Positions 23,066 through 36,531 of a stretch of 39,915 nt of DNA are shown here, one piece after another. Where the stretch lies: NCBI RefSeq assembly GCF_001194135.2, contig NC_068992.1, positions 63,453,688-63,493,602 on the forward strand. Reading direction: 5' to 3'. The position numbers were made by a program, and so were the translations under genes. The stretch comes from Octopus bimaculoides. Its lineage: Eukaryota. A model generated the notes under the pieces. It ran no database searches. It was not told the origin of the DNA and saw only the letters and a program-made list of their open reading frames with translations. Within the stretch, counting starts at the first letter, position 1. The number at the start of each line of letters is the position of its first letter.

Positions 23066-23391
23066 ATATCTTATATTATTGCATCAGTCGTTTCATTAAC
23101 ATAAGGGATGTCTAGCCATATTGACCACTAATATTGTTTCTGCTATCGGTACAAGGCCTGAAATTTGGATGATGTAGAGCTGTCTAGTCAATTACTCCAA
23201 CCCCCACTGCTCAACTGGTAGTTATTTTATTAACTCTGAAGTATATATGGTGTTTTTTAACATAATGCGTATATATAGGAATTTTTCCCGGACAAAAGCC
23301 GCAACCTCTGACTTTTCAATAACGCACATATATTAGGTACGTTACGTTGATAAAGGTTTTACTGTAGAGCTGCTGGCATTGCATAATTAGA

Positions 23392-23510
<119 letters not shown>

Positions 23511-23610
23511 TATCTGTCTGTCTGCTTATCAATCAATCAAGCAAGCAATCAATCTCTATCTTTCTCACTATATATATATGTGTGTATATACATATGTGTG
23601 TGTATGCATG

Positions 23611-23850
23611 ATGAGGCGCAATGGCCCAGTGGTTAAGGGAGTGGACTCGCGGTCATAGGATCGCGGTTTCGATTCCCAGACCGAGCGTTGTGAGTGTTTA
23701 TTGAGCGAAAACACCCAAAGCTCCACGAGGCCCCGGCAGGGGATGGTGGCGAACCCTGCTGTACTCTTTCACCACAACTTTCTCTCACTCTTACTTCCTG
23801 TTTCTGTTGTGCCTGTAATGCAAAAGGGTCAGCCTTGTCACACTGTGTCA
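23611..23850 (+). mobile_element. tRNA-derived SINE family 3 (runs into gap)
   Basis: gaggcgcaatggcccagtggttaagggagtggactcgcggtcataggatcgcggtttcgattcccagaccg has tRNA-like A and B boxes; homologous to 36532-36871. Confidence 0.9.
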
Positions 23851-24372
23851 NNNNNNNNNNNNNNNNNNNNNNNNNNNNNNNNNNNNNNNNNNNNNNNNNN
23901 NNNNNNNNNNNNNNNNNNNNNNNNNNNNNNNNNNNNNNNNNNNNNNNNNNNNNNNNNNNNNNNNNNNNNNNNNNNNNNNNNNNNNNNNNNNNNNNNNNNN
24001 NNNNNNNNNNNNNNNNNNNNNNNNNNNNNNNNNNNNNNNNNNNNNNNNNNNNNNNNNNNNNNNNNNNNNNNNNNNNNNNNNNNNNNNNNNNNNNNNNNNN
24101 NNNNNNNNNNNNNNNNNNNNNNNNNNNNNNNNNNNNNNNNNNNNNNNNNNNNNNNNNNNNNNNNNNNNNNNNNNNNNNNNNNNNNNNNNNNNNNNNNNNN
24201 NNNNNNNNNNNNNNNNNNNNNNNNNNNNNNNNNNNNNNNNNNNNNNNNNNNNNNNNNNNNNNNNNNNNNNNNNNNNNNNNNNNNNNNNNGCTCTTTCCTA
24301 AAAATGTAGCTTGAAGAAATATTCTTGTTATATCTACGAAATATTTGATTAAAAGTATCACACAGACACACA

Positions 24373-24414
<42 letters not shown>

Positions 24415-24436
24415 CTTTTAGAGCCACAACACACAG

Positions 24437-24650
24437 GGCGGTGAGCTGGCAGAATCGTTAGCGCGCTGGGTGAAATGCATAGCAGTATTTCGCCCGTCGC
24501 TACGTTCTGAGTTCAAATTCCGCCGAGGTCGACTTTGCTTTTCATTCTTTCGGGGTCGATAAATTAAGTACCAATGAAACACTGGGATCAATTAAATCGA
24601 CTAGACCCCTCCCCCAAAATGTCAGGCCTTGTGCTTATAGTAGAAAGGAA
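24437..24650 (+). mobile_element. SINE family 1, well preserved
   Basis: ggcggtgagctggcagaatcgttagcgcg...tacgttctgagttcaaattccgccgaggtcgactttgc...gtcaggccttgtgcttatagtagaaagg. Confidence 0.92.
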
Positions 24651-24959
24651 CAATTAACAATACTGGGTTGTTAGAACTGCTAGATAGAGGAACCCCAACT
24701 TCATGAAATCATACCCTATTGTTCTTAAAAACGAAGGGTTATTTGGAGTTACACAACAACAGCAACATCAACCGGTCGTGTAACTTTTGAAATGAAGCAT
24801 ATATTAACATAATCGAAGCTAATTTATTACTGAGAGCCACAGTGGAGTGATAGAAGCCTGTACGGTCTGGTTTCCAGTACTCCCAGGATTTATATTGTCT
24901 AACATCTTCGGGCCGATATAACCTATAGTGAGCCAAGCTATACGCCTTGTTCTATTTAT

Positions 24960-25820
24960 GTTTCGGGTTCGTATCACACTGAGGTTAGAGCTTCCTTCGA
25001 TTCTTTAAAGGTAGATGACATAAAGTACCAGTTAAAAACTGGGGTTCATAAAAGTGTCTGTCTCTTCCACACACACCATTGGAGTCTTAATGCTTGTGAT
25101 TCAATTTTCGCGGTCTGAGTTGAAATGCCGCCTAGATTGGATTTTCCTTTTATTGTTCAGGAGCAAATAAGATAAAATACCAGTTGAAAACTGGGGTCGA
25201 TAAAATAGTCTCTCCTACTCATACAACATTGGAATTTCAGTGTCTATGAGTTAATATTGGCTGCATTTTCCTATAATTCTCCAGTGGGGCGGGGGGGGGG
25301 TAAGGTAAAACAAAGCAACATAGAAAAAAAATGAAGATTGGTCTAAATAACCATATCTTCACCCACTCCCAACAAATGGCGATGTACCAAATTTAGACGC
25401 CGATGTTTGTTTTCAGCAAAGCAATGAGCCGAAAAATCGTTAGCACGCTGGGTAAGATGTTCAGCGGGATTTCGTCCGTCTGCATGTTCTGTGTTCGAAT
25501 TCCGCCGATCTCCATTTTCGCTTTTCATCCCTTTCGGGGTCTATAAAATAAGCCCCCCGAAATTGCTGGCGCAGTGCCAAAATTTGAAATTAATATAAAC
25601 TTTCAGTAAGGAATCGTGCAGGATGAATCGCTAGCACGCCGGCAAGATGTTCTGCGGCATTTTGTCCCTCATCGCGTTCTGAGTTCAAATCACACTGAAG
25701 TCGGCTTTGCCTTTCCTCCCTTGAGGTCTATAAAGTAAGCACTGATTGAGCACAGGGGTTGATGTAATCGACTTCCTGACCTTGTACTAAAATTGCAGGC
25801 CTTGTACTAAAATTTGAAAC
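24960..25820 (+). mobile_element. Four degenerate SINE family 1 copies in tandem
   Basis: Repeated ataaagtaccagtt.aaaactgggg and tctgagttcaaat/ctttcatccctttcggggt motifs at about 24960, 25100, 25425 and 25615. Confidence 0.7.
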
Positions 25821-26519
25821 CTATATTTACATTCAATATTCAAATACTGTTGGAATTAACTTTGTCGTGCATCCTCCTAGGACACGATTACATAAATACC
25901 AGTAACTCATATAGGTTCGATTCAATCGATTACGCCTATCATTTACACAATCGTTATCTGGTGCCAAGGTTAAAAACAAGTGCAGTATGTGATCTAATTT
26001 ATTTATACGGCGTCGTGGAATTTTGGGAGATTAAATTAAAGAAACGACTTTTACTCCAGTAAATCAAGTTATACCTGTTGGTCTAACTAGCGACAAAATG
26101 GCGGAATAGTTCAGAGCGCTGAGCTGCTCCTCTAAGAATCAATAAATTGCACTTTAACACAGTTGTTGCATAGAGTTCGTAACAAAGACGAAATACTGCT
26201 TCTCCACTAACGTAGCTAACTATAAGAGGTACGTATCGTCTGTGATTAGCCACTAAGAGAACATCTATGCTGTGACTCACTCAACCTGATAAAAATAGCA
26301 ACCAAATTCTTCCTCATTTTCCCCACAACATTTAAAAGTAACAATAATAATAAACTTTGGAAAATATAGTTCTACATATATAAATAGTGGTGATAGGAAC
26401 CGTTAACCTTCGTCAGCAGGAAGAACACTATAGAAATTACGAGTGTTAAACTCACTTGTTGAACTGAAGATGGCTGAACAGAAGCGTGTCGAAAGCATGT
26501 ATTTATCAGTGTGGTGCTG

Positions 26520-26669
26520 CATGTATCTATGCATGTATTTATATATATATGTATATATATGTATATATTCATATATGTATGCATGTATATATGCTCATAT
26601 ATGTACGTATGTATATATGAGTACATGGATGTATGCATCTATACATATATGTAAATACTTATATGTATG

Positions 26670-26746
<77 letters not shown>

Positions 26747-27095
26747 TATGTATATATATATGCTTATTCATAAATATGTATACGTATGTGTAGTAATAAG
26801 CACTATACAACTGAAAGCGAAACCCGCAGGTGATGTTATAGTCTCTGCTAGTATCTTCAATTTTATAATTAAATATACGTGTGCATTTATTTAAAAACCT
26901 ATGTATGTAAATATCTATGAATGTACGCACGAAATTATCTATATAAATATGTTTACATTATATATATGTATGTATGGATGTATTTATGTATGTGTGTGTA
27001 TGTATGTATGTATGTATGTTTGTGTGTGTGTGTTTTCATGTATGTATGTATGTATGTATATATGTATGTATGTATGTGTGTATGTATGTATGTAT
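26520..27095. repeat. Long (TA)/(TG)/(TATG) compound microsatellite
   Basis: Direct reading; source of the YIYI/VCVC ORFs. Confidence 0.95.
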
Positions 27096-27662
27096 GAACT
27101 TATATATTGATAATTCTGAACACTGAAGACTTGAACACCTATGAAGATTCATGGAACTTTGATATTTAGTAACATTATCTTTTGGAAATATATTCAATTC
27201 AGGAAAAATCTGGATTAGCTTCATTTAAGTTTGACTAATATGGCCTGTAGTAGTAACTTTCATTAAATCATCCTGTTTTCAGAAACAAGACGTGTACCGG
27301 TAATGCATATAGTTACTTTAGTATAATAATACCGCAAATTGTGTTTTTAATTCAAGTTAACTACACAGAGGAATTACTAAGATTTACTATCTTGATTGCC
27401 GAAGATTTTATCCATAAAATGTCGGTTCGTCTTTTCCTGTTCACGTTGTGAATATACAAATATGAATGTTGATTACGTTGTTTTATGTAGTAGATATGTT
27501 TAAGTTTCGCATGCATTGACGGCTAAAATCTTTGGGTATACTTCATAGTAAAGTTTAGAATGAAAAATAAACAAGGTTGACAAGTCAGAAATTTACATAA
27601 AAGAGAGAGAGAAAAGAGGGAGGAAGATAGATAGATGTGTGCACGCGTATATGGCTGCATGC

Positions 27663-27696
<34 letters not shown>

Positions 27697-29788
27697 NNNN
27701 NNNNNNNNNNNNNNNNNNNNNNNNNNNNNNNNNNNNNNNNNNNNNNNNNNNNNNNNNNNNNNNNNNNNNNNNNNNNNNNNNNNNNNNNNNNNNNNNNNNN
27801 NNNNNNNNNNNNNNNNNNNNNNNNNNNNNNNNNNNNNNNNNNNNNNNNNNNNNNNNNNNNNNNNNNNNNNNNNNNNNNNNNNNNNNNNNNNNNNNNNNNN
27901 NNNNNNNNNNNNNNNNNNNNNNNNNNNNNNNNNNNNNNNNNNNNNNNNNNNNNNNNNNNNNNNNNNNNNNNNNNNNNNNNNNNNNNNNNNNNNNNNNNNN
28001 NNNNNNNNNNNNNNNNNNNNNNNNNNNNNNNNNNNNNNNNNNNNNNNNNNNNNNNNNNNNNNNNNNNNNNNNNNNNNNNNNNNNNNNNNNNNNNNNNNNN
28101 NNNNNNNNNNNNNNNNNNNNNNNNNNNNNNNNNNNNNNNNNNNNNNNNNNNNNNNNNNNNNNNNNNNNNNNNNNNNNNNNNNNNNNNNNNNNGTGTGTGT
28201 GTGTGTGTGTGAGTGAGTGAGTGTGTGTAGTGGTGGGGCATTCTCTCCCGAAAAGCTGAAAGTAACCTACAATGTTTTTTTCTAAAAAAATCTCACGTCT
28301 ATGATCCAAACATGTCAAAAGCTAAAATCTCTCAAGAGGGGCGCTGAGTAACTTAAATGCATATATAAATTCGCCATTAATTACTGAAACAAATCTAATG
28401 TTATAACACATGTCTAATTGATTTATCACAGATGTTTTCATATATCTCTGATATTGTGTTTAGCATCTGTTCCATAGCTAAAATCTTGCTCAACGACTGT
28501 TTATACTTCCTTTACATTATTTCAAATCACAATGTCTGTTCTGTTAGCCTACATTTCACAGAATCTTTTGTACCAGCATTCTTTCATATTATGGTTGGGT
28601 ATAGCTTGAATACCATTGTATCTTGTAATTTGTTTGTCTTCAGTACCATCCTTTCTCCTACTGGCATGTCTGCATATATGTATACATATATACGTGTATG
28701 TATGTATTTGTGTACATATGTATATGTATAAACGTGTATGTATCTACAAATGTATGAATGTATGTTAGTAAAGATGTCATTGTATGTATGGGTTTGTATG
28801 CTTTTACTTATATATGCGTAGTTATGCGTATTCCTTTATGTGTCCATATACTTCCATTCATATGTGTATATGTGTGTGCCAGTATGTATATGCGTATTCA
28901 TGTGTACATATACACTCTCTCTATAGTTGAAGAGATCAATCACCTCAACGGCAACGATTTCACGTATGATTCACTTGTGTGTATGTATATGTATACTTTT
29001 ATGAATGTGTATATATGTATGTATATACTTATATATATATATATATACAATATATTCATATATATATTTATATATTTGTATATACATATATGCATGTAAC
29101 TATATATATGTATATATATATATATATACAATATATTCATATATATATTTATATATTTGTANNNNNNNNNNNNNNNNNNNNNNNNNNNNNNNNNNNNNNN
29201 NNNNNNNNNNNNNNNNNNNNNNNNNNNNNNNNNNNNNNNNNNNNNNNNNNNNNNNNNNNNNNNNNNNNNNNNNNNNNNNNNNNNNNNNNNNNNNNNNNNN
29301 NNNNNNNNNNNNNNNNNNNNNNNNNNNNNNNNNNNNNNNNNNNNNNNNNNNNNNNNNNNNNNNNNNNNNNNNNNNNNNNNNNNNNNNNNNNNNNNNNNNN
29401 NNNNNNNNNNNNNNNNNNNNNNNNNNNNNNNNNNNNNNNNNNNNNNNNNNNNNNNNNNNNNNNNNNNNNNNNNNNNNNNNNNNNNNNNNNNNNNNNNNNN
29501 NNNNNNNNNNNNNNNNNNNNNNNNNNNNNNNNNNNNNNNNNNNNNNNNNNNNNNNNNNNNNNNNNNNNNNNNNNNNNNNNNNNNNNNNNNNNNNNNNNNN
29601 NNNNNNNNNNNNNNNNNNNNNNNNNNNNNNNNNNNNNNNNNNNNNNNNNNNNNNNNNNNNNNNNNNNNNNNNNNNNNNNNNNNNNNNNNNNNNNNNNNNN
29701 NNNNNNNNNNNNNNNNNNNNNNNNNNNNNNNNNNNNNNNNNNNNNNNNNNNNNNNNNNNNNNNNNNNNNNNNNNNNNNNNNNNNNNNN

Positions 29789-29985
29789 ATATCGTTTATA
29801 GTTCTGTTGTTTTTTTAAATTTTCCCCTCTTCTTTGTTTGTGATTCGGGTTTGTGTTCTTTCTTGTCTGTGTGGTCAGTGCTGCTGTTGCGTCTCGTTTT
29901 GGTTTGTTCTCCTATGGAAGTGGCGAGTTTCTTTTATAGCCATATTACTCCTCCCAGTCGTTAATAACGGCACGCCATTTTGCGA
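29789..29985 (-). promoter_or_regulatory. Candidate Pol II core promoter and 5' leader (possibly of the AstC-like gene)
   Basis: Minus-strand TATAAAA at 29938->29932 and a YY1-type CAAAATGGCG at 29982->29973. The A/C-rich leader-like sequence that follows runs into the gap 29162-29788. Linkage to the exon at 10.5 kb is inferred only from strand and position. Confidence 0.4.
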
Positions 29986-30218
29986 GGGAGGAGAATGAAC
30001 GTGTGTGTGTATGCAGGTGTGTGCATGCTTGTCTGTATATATGTGTGTGTGTGCATGTGTATGTATGTGTATATGGTAACCTGTAGGTGTATGTGTGTTC
30101 CAAGGTGCGTATATGTTTGTGTGTGAGTGTGTGTGTATGCGTGCGTTAGTGCGTGTGTGTGTGTGTGTGTGTGCATCTGCACGTGTGTGTGTGTGAAAAT
30201 ACAAAAAAGATGATGTTA

Positions 30219-30338
30219 AAGAAGAAGAAGAAGAAGAAGAAGAAGAAGAAGAAGAAGAAGAAGAAGATTATGAAGAACTGGTGACCAGTAATTCTTGCCC
30301 TCTAGTCTAATAATAGTGACCATTAATATTATTATTAC

Positions 30339-30369
<31 letters not shown>

Positions 30370-30638
30370 GTTATTATTATTATTGTTGTTGTTGTTGTTA
30401 TTATTATTATTGCTGTTGTTGTTGTTGTTGTGGTATGATATCATATTTTTATTTGTTTAGGGAGGCTCATTCGTTGTAATCAAAACAAAGGACAATCCCC
30501 CCACCCCCGTCATAATCGAAGTAAATGGAATTTGATTGGTTGTTATCGAATACTTTTTATCCTTCTAGCTTCACACTGATTGGAAGAACGAGAACATGCA
30601 TGTACACATGCGCACACATTTACTCCACATGCACACCT
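30219..30638 (+). repeat. Copy 2 of a duplicated block (copy 1 at 1-366)
   Basis: Direct repeat of 1-366 with few substitutions in the unique parts; the microsatellite tracts differ in length. Confidence 0.95.
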
Positions 30639-31682
30639 GTGAGCATACATGCATGCATAGCCGGATGCACTCATGAACACACAGATGCAGCTATGCATAT
30701 ATATGCTTCAGTGCATACACACGCACACACAAACACATACTTATACACACACACACATACAAACACATACTTAAACACACACACAAGCACATACANNNNN
30801 NNNNNNNNNNNNNNNNNNNNNNNNNNNNNNNNNNNNNNNNNNNNNNNNNNNNNNNNNNNNNNNNNNNNNNNNNNNNNNNNNNNNNNNNNNNNNNNNNNNN
30901 NNNNNNNNNNNNNNNNNNNNNNNNNNNNNNNNNNNNNNNNNNNNNNNNNNNNNNNNNNNNNNNNNNNNNNNNNNNNNNNNNNNNNNNNNNNNNNNNNNNN
31001 NNNNNNNNNNNNNNNNNNNNNNNNNNNNNNNNNNNNNNNNNNNNNNNNNNNNNNNNNNNNNNNNNNNNNNNNNNNNNNNNNNNNNNNNNNNNNNNNNNNN
31101 NNNNNNNNNNNNNNNNNNNNNNNNNNNNNNNNNNNNNNNNNNNNNNNNNNNNNNNNNNNNNNNNNNNNNNNNNNNNNNNNNNNNNNNNNNNNNNNNNNNN
31201 NNNNNNNNNNNNNNNNNNNNNNNNNNNNNNNNNNNNNNNNNNNNNNNNNNNNNNNNNNNNNNNNNNNNNNNNNNNNNNNNNNNNNNNNNNNNNNNNNNNN
31301 NNNNNNNNNNNNNNNNNNNNNNNNNNNNNNNNNNNNNNNNNNNNNNNNNNNNNNNNNNNNNNNNNNNNNNNNNNNNNNNNNNNNNNNNNNNNNNNNNNNN
31401 NNNNNNNNNNNNNNNNNNNNNNNNNNNNNNNNNNNNNNNNNNNNNNNNNNNNNNNNNNNNNNNNNNNNNNNNNNNNNNNNNNNNNNNNNNNNNNNNNNNN
31501 NNNNNNNNNNNNNNNNNNNNNNNNNNNNNNNNNNNNNNNNNNNNNNNNNNNNNNNNNNNNNNNNNNNNNNNNNNNNNNNNNNNNNNNNNNNNNNNNNNNN
31601 NNNNNNNNNNNNNNNNNNNNNNNNNNNNNNNNNNNNNNNNNNNNNNNNNNNNNNNNNNNNNNNNNNNNNNNNNNNNNNNNNN

Positions 31683-31716
<34 letters not shown>

Positions 31717-32068
31717 GTATATATATAAACATATCCATATATACAACTGCACCCACATACGCGTACATAGCCTTTACGAACATAAATATGCACATATAAG
31801 CATAGCTATAACCGCACGCCCACACTCACGCATATGAACAGATAAATATAAGTAGAAACACACAGACGGACGCACGCATACACACATAGACGCGGACACA
31901 TACGCAAGCTCAAACACACCTACAGACACGCATCTCGTCATGCTCCCATACGCGTAATCACACATCTGAAGGCACACATACACACACAGATCATACGTGC
32001 ATTCACGTCTCCGTACAAAGCATGCCTTTCAATTCAGTCTCCTTTTTTCTCCTCCACTTTCTTCATAA

Positions 32069-32107
<39 letters not shown>

Positions 32108-32263
32108 GATAGATATAGATATAGATATAGATATATACGTACACACATTTCACATACACACACATACATACACACAGACACATATAGGTACATCCATCCA
32201 TACATGTATGTACATATATATATATATATATTCATATGAATATATATAATATATGAATAAATA

Positions 32264-32320
<57 letters not shown>

Positions 32321-32364
32321 GAGAAACATATATATGTATATACACACATGTAAGTATATATATA

Positions 32365-32605
32365 TATGGTAAGAAGCTTGCTTCCCAATTACATGGTTCT
32401 GGGTTCAGTCCCACTGTGTGGCACCTTTTACTATCGCCTCTGGCCGACCAAAGCTTTCTGAGTGGGTTTCGTAGACGGAAACCGAAAGAAGCACGTCGTA
32501 TATATATAAGAGACCGATAGAATAATTATTAGGCTTATACAGAATAAGTGCTGGGGTTGATTTGTTCGACTAAAGGCGGTGCTCCATCATAGCCGCAATC
32601 AATCA
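32365..32605 (+). mobile_element. SINE family 2, internally deleted
   Basis: ggtaagaagcttgcttcccaattacatggttctgggttcagtcccactg...gaaagaagcacgtcg...gaataagtgctggggttgatttgttcgactaaaggcggtgctcc. Confidence 0.85.
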
Positions 32606-33919
32606 ATATATATATATATATATATATATATANNNNNNNNNNNNNNNNNNNNNNNNNNNNNNNNNNNNNNNNNNNNNNNNNNNNNNNNNNNNNNNNNNNN
32701 NNNNNNNNNNNNNNNNNNNNNNNNNNNNNNNNNNNNNNNNNNNNNNNNNNNNNNNNNNNNNNNNNNNNNNNNNNNNNNNNNNNNNNNNNNNNNNNNNNNN
32801 NNNNNNNNNNNNNNNNNNNNNNNNNNNNNNNNNNNNNNNNNNNNNNNNNNNNNNNNNNNNNNNNNNNNNNNNNNNNNNNNNNNNNNNNNNNNNNNNNNNN
32901 NNNNNNNNNNNNNNNNNNNNNNNNNNNNNNNNNNNNNNNNNNNNNNNNNNNNNNNNNNNNNNNNNNNNNNNNNNNNNNNNNNNNNNNNNNNNNNNNNNNN
33001 NNNNNNNNNNNNNNNNNNNNNNNNNNNNNNNNNNNNNNNNNNNNNNNNNNNNNNNNNNNNNNNNNNNNNNNNNNNNNNNNNNNNNNNNNNNNNNNNNNNN
33101 NNNNNNNNNNNNNNNNNNNNNNNNNNNNNNNNNNNNNNNNNNNNNNNNNNNNNNNNNNNNNNNNNNNNNNNNNNNNNNNNNNNNNNNNNNNNNNNNNNNN
33201 NNNNNNNNNNNNNNNNNNNNNNNNNNNNNNNNNNNNNNNNNNNNNNNNNNNNNNNNNNNNNNNNNNNNNNNNNNNNNNNNNNNNNNNNNNNNNNNNNNNN
33301 NNNNNNNNNNNNNNNNNNNNNNNNNNNNNNNNNNNNNNNNNNNNNNNNNNNNNNNNNNNNNNNNNNNNNNNNNNNNNNNNNNNNNNNNNNNNNAAGAGTA
33401 AAAGATATATATATGTGTGTGTGTATGTGCGTGTGTGTATGTATCTATATATATATACGTATATATGTACGTGTATATGTTTATACATATATATATGTAT
33501 ATATATATATCAATATATATCTCTCTCTATATATATATACTCACACACACATACATACTCACACATACATACTCACACACACATACATATATACAGACAG
33601 ACAGACAGACCCAATTAGCCATAAAACTGTGTTTCAACATACACACATCTGCCCACGTTACTATATATCTGGTCAACCTTCTTCGAGAATTTGGCCACAT
33701 GAAACATTAACCATCATCAAGTAGGCCGTACTACTGAAAACATTCAAGATAATTTTTCGTAGGCATGTCACTCAGAGAGGCCCGTGGGCCGCAATTTGGC
33801 CGTGACTGCTATAAACTGCATTTCACCACCCACGTCTCTATAAAACTGTACCTCTCCAGCCATGCCAATCTCCCCGTCTGCACCTCCCCATACAGCCACC
33901 CCTTTATTGAAAACTCTAA

Positions 33920-34085
33920 AGGCGTGGCTGTGTGGGTGACAAGCTTGCTTCCGAGCCATGTGGTTTTTGCATTCAGCCCCGGTGGGCAGCGTCTTGGGTG
34001 AGTATTTCGTACGGTAGTTCTGGTCCGACCAAAGCCTTGTGAGTGGATGTGGTAAACGGAAGTTGAAAATAGCCAGTCGTGTCTG

Positions 34086-34139
<54 letters not shown>

Positions 34140-34500
34140 AATCAACCTCTCTCTCACACTCTCTTTCTCTCTCTCTCTTCCTCTCTCTCTCTTTCTCTGT
34201 ATATATATAAACGTATGTGTGTGTGTGTTTATATATATTTGTATACACATACATGTATATGCATTTGTATATATCCATATGTGTGTGTGTGTTGGTGTTG
34301 GTGTTGTATTTGTGCCCATCTTCGCTTGAAAACCGGTGTTGGTTTGCTTACGTCCCTGTAACTTAGAGCTTAGGAGAAAAGGGAGCGATAGAATGAGTAG
34401 CAGGCTTGAAAATAAGAACTGGAGTCGATTTTTTTCGAGTAAAGCATTCTTGGCAGTGCCCCAGCATGACTGCAGTCTAGTGACTGAAACAGGTAAAAGA
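33920..34500 (+). mobile_element. SINE family 2 with expanded internal microsatellites
   Basis: Head ggcgtggctgtgtgggtgacaagcttgcttcc, ggtccgaccaaagccttgtgagtggat, internal (TCTA)/(CT)/(TG) tracts, tail gcccca gcatgactgcagtc...gactgaaacaggtaaaaga. Confidence 0.85.
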
Positions 34501-35074
34501 AGAACGCATACACACCCCTCCCCCTCCCTATAAAACTCTGCTCCACCTTACACCCACCATTTAATGAAAATGAACCTCATCGTACATAATATATACGACA
34601 TATACACACCCACACATTGATAAAATCGCGCCGCGCCATACAGGTAACGCATACATAGTGATCTATCTCTAATCTTGACCCTGTCCCCATACATACCTTC
34701 GTACCCGAGCATGAAACTACCCTGACAAAGCACCGTCCACCCCTCCGAAAAAAAATCGGTATGGTTTTCCCTCTAACACAGACCTATCTCTCTGAATCTA
34801 TCAACTTCCTCCGACCCCATACATACGTGCCTATGTGCACCTTCCACTATGATCCTCATTTATCTCTCCAGAAATACTGTACAGCCATCCCCACCTGTAA
34901 AACACCTACTCTTTCTTTCTCGCTCTATAAAAACGGCACCTCCTCTAGCCATACACGCAGGCCTACCTCTACAGAAAACTGCACCTCCCTCAGTACACAC
35001 CCATCTCCATCGCTATTTCTGCCTCCTTCCAAACGGCTAGACGTGTGATATATATTAAGCTAGCAAGCTAACGG

Positions 35075-35144
35075 GATACACACACACACACACACATATA
35101 GACAGAGAGATAGATAGATAGACAGANNNNNNNNNNAGATAGAC

Positions 35145-35210
<66 letters not shown>

Positions 35211-35290
35211 TCATTCTATCAGATAGACAGATTGAATGATAGATAGGCAGATCGATAGATAGGCAGATCGATAGATAGATACATAGACAG
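35075..35290 (+). repeat. (CA)n plus (GATA)n/(GACA)n compound microsatellite
   Basis: Direct reading. Confidence 0.95.
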
Positions 35291-35984
35291 GTGCGTGTTT
35301 GACTGTGGGCGGTAAAGAAAGGGAAGAAAAAAAAACAGTAAAGACCGCTTGGTTCCCTGAAAATCCTCTTCCTGCTTCCTGTATCTCAGACTTAACAACT
35401 GTTATATTATGCCTCTTTCTTCCTTCCTTTCTTTCTTTCTTCCTTCCTTCCTTCTGTCCTTCTTTTCTTTTCTTCATTCCTTCTTTCCTTTTCCCTTTTT
35501 TTCTCTCTTTGTCTTTCTATCTAAATACTCTGTTTTATTTTTTCATTGCATTTCCTTCCCGTCTCATTTTATCTTTCTTTCATTTTTATAAATTTATTTT
35601 ATTTTTTTTTATTCGTCAGCTTAATTGGTTTGTTTGTTGTTTTGTTTTATTTTTATGCAGGTTGGTGCCATCGTTGTCATTGCTATTGTTTCATTGTTGT
35701 TGTTGTTGTTATTGATGATGATGGAAGTGGTGGTGGTGGTGGTGATGTTTCTTGCCGTATCACTTTAATGTTTATGTAGCTTTTGCCTAAATTATTCATT
35801 CATTTTGTCATTTTGTCATTCACTGTCATTCAGTCTTTCTTTTGTTTAGTCACGGTCTATCACTCACACTCTCTCTATCCCTCTCTCTCTTCTCTCTATT
35901 ACCCCCTCTCTCTCTGTATATATATTATCTTTACTTTAATATGTGTCAGTCACTAGACTCAGGCAATGGTGAATCGACCCCCAC

Positions 35985-36372
35985 TCTTATTTCTTTTAAG
36001 CCTGGTACTTGCATGTCGCTCTCCTTTGCCGAACCGCTAAGTTACGGGGACGTAGACACACCCCTCCAACACTGATTTTCTGGCGGTAGCGGGGGACAAA
36101 CACAAAAACAAAAACACACACACACGTACATAGATATATCACGACGGGCTTCTTTCAGTTTCCGTCTACCTAATCCACTCACAAGGCCTTGTTCAACCCG
36201 AGACTATTATAAAAGACACTTACCCAAGGTGCCACGCAGTGACACCGACCCCGGAACCATGTGGTTGACTGAGAAATAAGCTTCTTATCATATAGCCACG
36301 CCTGCGCCTACATAGCCACACCTGCGCTAATATGGCCACGCCTGCGCCCACTTGACCACGCCCGCGCCTATA
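35985..36372 (-). mobile_element. SINE family 2 with a fourfold repeated 5' head
   Basis: Reverse copy of family 2. 36291-36372 holds four ~20-nt units (a)tagccacgcctgcgcc, the reverse complement of the head ggcgcaggcgtggct. Confidence 0.88.
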
Positions 36373-36477
36373 TAAGTGCATATATATATNNNNNNNNNNN
36401 NNNNNNNNNNNNNNNNNNNNNTATATATATGCACGCATACATAGATATATATGTATAGATGTATATGCATGTATAGT

Positions 36478-36529
<52 letters not shown>

Positions 36530-36531
36530 GT

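Noticed and set aside
23611-23690. tRNA-like sequences at SINE heads (also 13727, 24437, 36532)
   Set aside because: They continue into SINE bodies and lack a complete cloverleaf and Pol III terminator; not tRNA genes.
35653-35770. Plus-strand acceptor followed by hydrophobic VGAIVVIAIVSLLLL...
   Set aside because: Translation of GTT/GAT/GGT microsatellites, with a stop soon after.
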